Source: Ignicoccus hospitalis KIN4/I
GTDB lineage: Archaea; Thermoproteota; Thermoprotei_A; Sulfolobales; Ignicoccaceae
Assembly: GCF_000017945.1 (NCBI RefSeq)
Contig: NC_009776.1
Location: 660,001 to 692,000, forward strand
DNA: 32,000 bases
Reading direction: 5' to 3'
Shown here one piece after another: positions 30,913-32,000 of the stretch (the stretch's first letter is position 1; the number at the start of each line of letters is the position of its first letter). A program made the translations under genes and the position numbers. Under the pieces are notes generated by a model, which saw only the letters and a program-made list of their open reading frames with translations, was not told the origin of the DNA and made no database searches.

Positions 30913-31907
30913 CGCTGTTCGCCGGCACGTCCTTCTTGGTGGCGCTTATAACGTCATACTTCGTAACGTTGAAGTGGATAGACGCCGCCAAGAGGAGGGA
31001 CTTGGTAGGCCGCGACGTCAACAAGCCTTACACCGTCTACGTCCCGGAGGCCGGCGGAGTGGGCTTCGTAATGGGGTTCTCCATGGGCGCGCTGGCGTCG
31101 GTCGCTCTAGGGACGTTCTTAGTCGATAGGAGCTCTTGGTGCCTATACGTCTTAGCGGCGCTCAACACGGTTCTGATGGCAGCGTTCATAGGTTTTATTG
31201 ACGATGTCTTGGGGTGGAAGAAGGGATTAAGTCATAGGGCTAAGGTCCTCTCAACCCTTCCCATAGCTATACCTTTAATGGCAATAAAGGCGGGCGTCAG
31301 CGTTATGTGTTTGCCCTTGATAGGTTGTTTGAACTTAGGGATCTTGTACCCCCTCTTGATCGTCCCCGTCGGCGTGGTGGGCGCCACTAACGCGTTTAAC
31401 ATGATAGCAGGGCTCAACGGGTTGGAAGCTGGAATGGCCTTAATAATACTCTCAACTTTGGGTGTTTTAGCCTATACCCACGGAAACCTCGCAGCTTTAA
31501 TTATATCCATATCAGCAGTAGGAGCTGCCTTGGGCTTTTTGAAGCTAAATTGGTACCCGGCGAGGGTGTTCCCGGGCGACGTCTTAACGTATTCAGTGGG
31601 CTCCGTCATAGCTACCGTAGCCGTAGTAGGGAACATGGAGGGCCCGGCGCTAATACTCTTCTTACCCTACTTCTTGGAGCTTGCGCTATACTTATACGGA
31701 AAGAAGAATGGAGTAGAGAAGGAGAGTTGGGGAAGGCCAGTGGGCGAATGCCTAGAGGTTCCGTACGACAAGCCCTACAGCGTGACGCACCTCGCTATGA
31801 AGGCTCTAAAAGCCTTGAAGGGGTGCGCGAAGGAAAAGGAGGTCGTTGAGCTCATACTTCTCGTCGAAGCAGCGCTAGCCGTTATAGTGTTGTACCTATA
31901 CAGTTAA
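30903..31907 (+). CDS. aglH: glycosyltransferase family 4 (MraY/WecA/AglH-like), probable dolichyl-phosphate GlcNAc-1-phosphate transferase
   Basis: It is polytopic. FIGFIDDVLGW and ATNAFNMIAGLNGLEAG are the conserved GT4/MraY-family motifs. The TTG start is uncertain. Confidence 0.85.
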   Translation: MTPTLFAGTSFLVALITSYFVTLKWIDAAKRRDLVGRDVNKPYTVYVPEAGGVGFVMGFSMGALASVALGTFLVDRSSWCLYVLAALNTVLMAAFIGFIDDVLGWKKGLSHRAKVLSTLPIAIPLMAIKAGVSVMCLPLIGCLNLGILYPLLIVPVGVVGATNAFNMIAGLNGLEAGMALIILSTLGVLAYTHGNLAALIISISAVGAALGFLKLNWYPARVFPGDVLTYSVGSVIATVAVVGNMEGPALILFLPYFLELALYLYGKKNGVEKESWGRPVGECLEVPYDKPYSVTHLAMKALKALKGCAKEKEVVELILLVEAALAVIVLYLYS

Positions 31908-31920
31908 CCCCGGGTCGCCC

Positions 31921-32000
31921 TTGGATGAGGAGAAGCTAAACGAAATCAGAAAGAAAATGTTAATAAATGCGCTGAAGAAGTCGTTCGAGTATTTCCCAAT
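31921..32000 (+). CDS. possible 5' end of a gene running off the window
   Basis: The frame is open from TTG 31921 (LDEEKLNEIRKKMLINALKKSFEYFP...), with an alternative ATG at 31957. Only 26 codons are visible. Confidence 0.2.
   Translation, partial: MDEEKLNEIRKKMLINALKKSFEYFP

Overview
Archaeal chromosomal segment. The information-processing genes are clearly archaeal: TFB, aIF2-alpha, Nop10, Gar1, SRP19, S8e, FAU-1, CDP-archaeol synthase and mevalonate kinase. Genes are densely packed, with many GTG/TTG starts and 4-nt start/stop overlaps. This fits a hyperthermophilic crenarchaeon of the Desulfurococcales type, but I cannot name the species. I support about 45 protein genes. I found no rRNA, tRNA, CRISPR array, integrase or transposase. 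Most of the window is housekeeping: pepA, split metE, asd, hisG, hisF, cmk, mvk, an Mrp/NBP35 protein, aglH-like and translation/RNP genes. Regions that deserve a second look: (1) 6022..10354, two divergent, translationally coupled operons encoding a ParA/MinD-type ATPase plus several small paralogous proteins and coiled-coil partners, with no assigned function; (2) 13006..14698, an orphan Orc1/Cdc6-like AAA+/winged-helix gene bracketed by helically phased TTGGAC/GTCCAA repeat arrays around an AT-rich core, which looks like a replication origin or iteron module; (3) 1..4110, a stand-alone divergent HerA-like/NurA-like pair with extra unknown partners, not linked to mre11/rad50; (4) 4103..4239, one or two candidate C/D-box sRNAs; (5) two secreted proteins with unusual Thr/Val beta-strand-like segments, one carrying a CxxCH motif. 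All family assignments come from motif recognition by eye. No database search was run.
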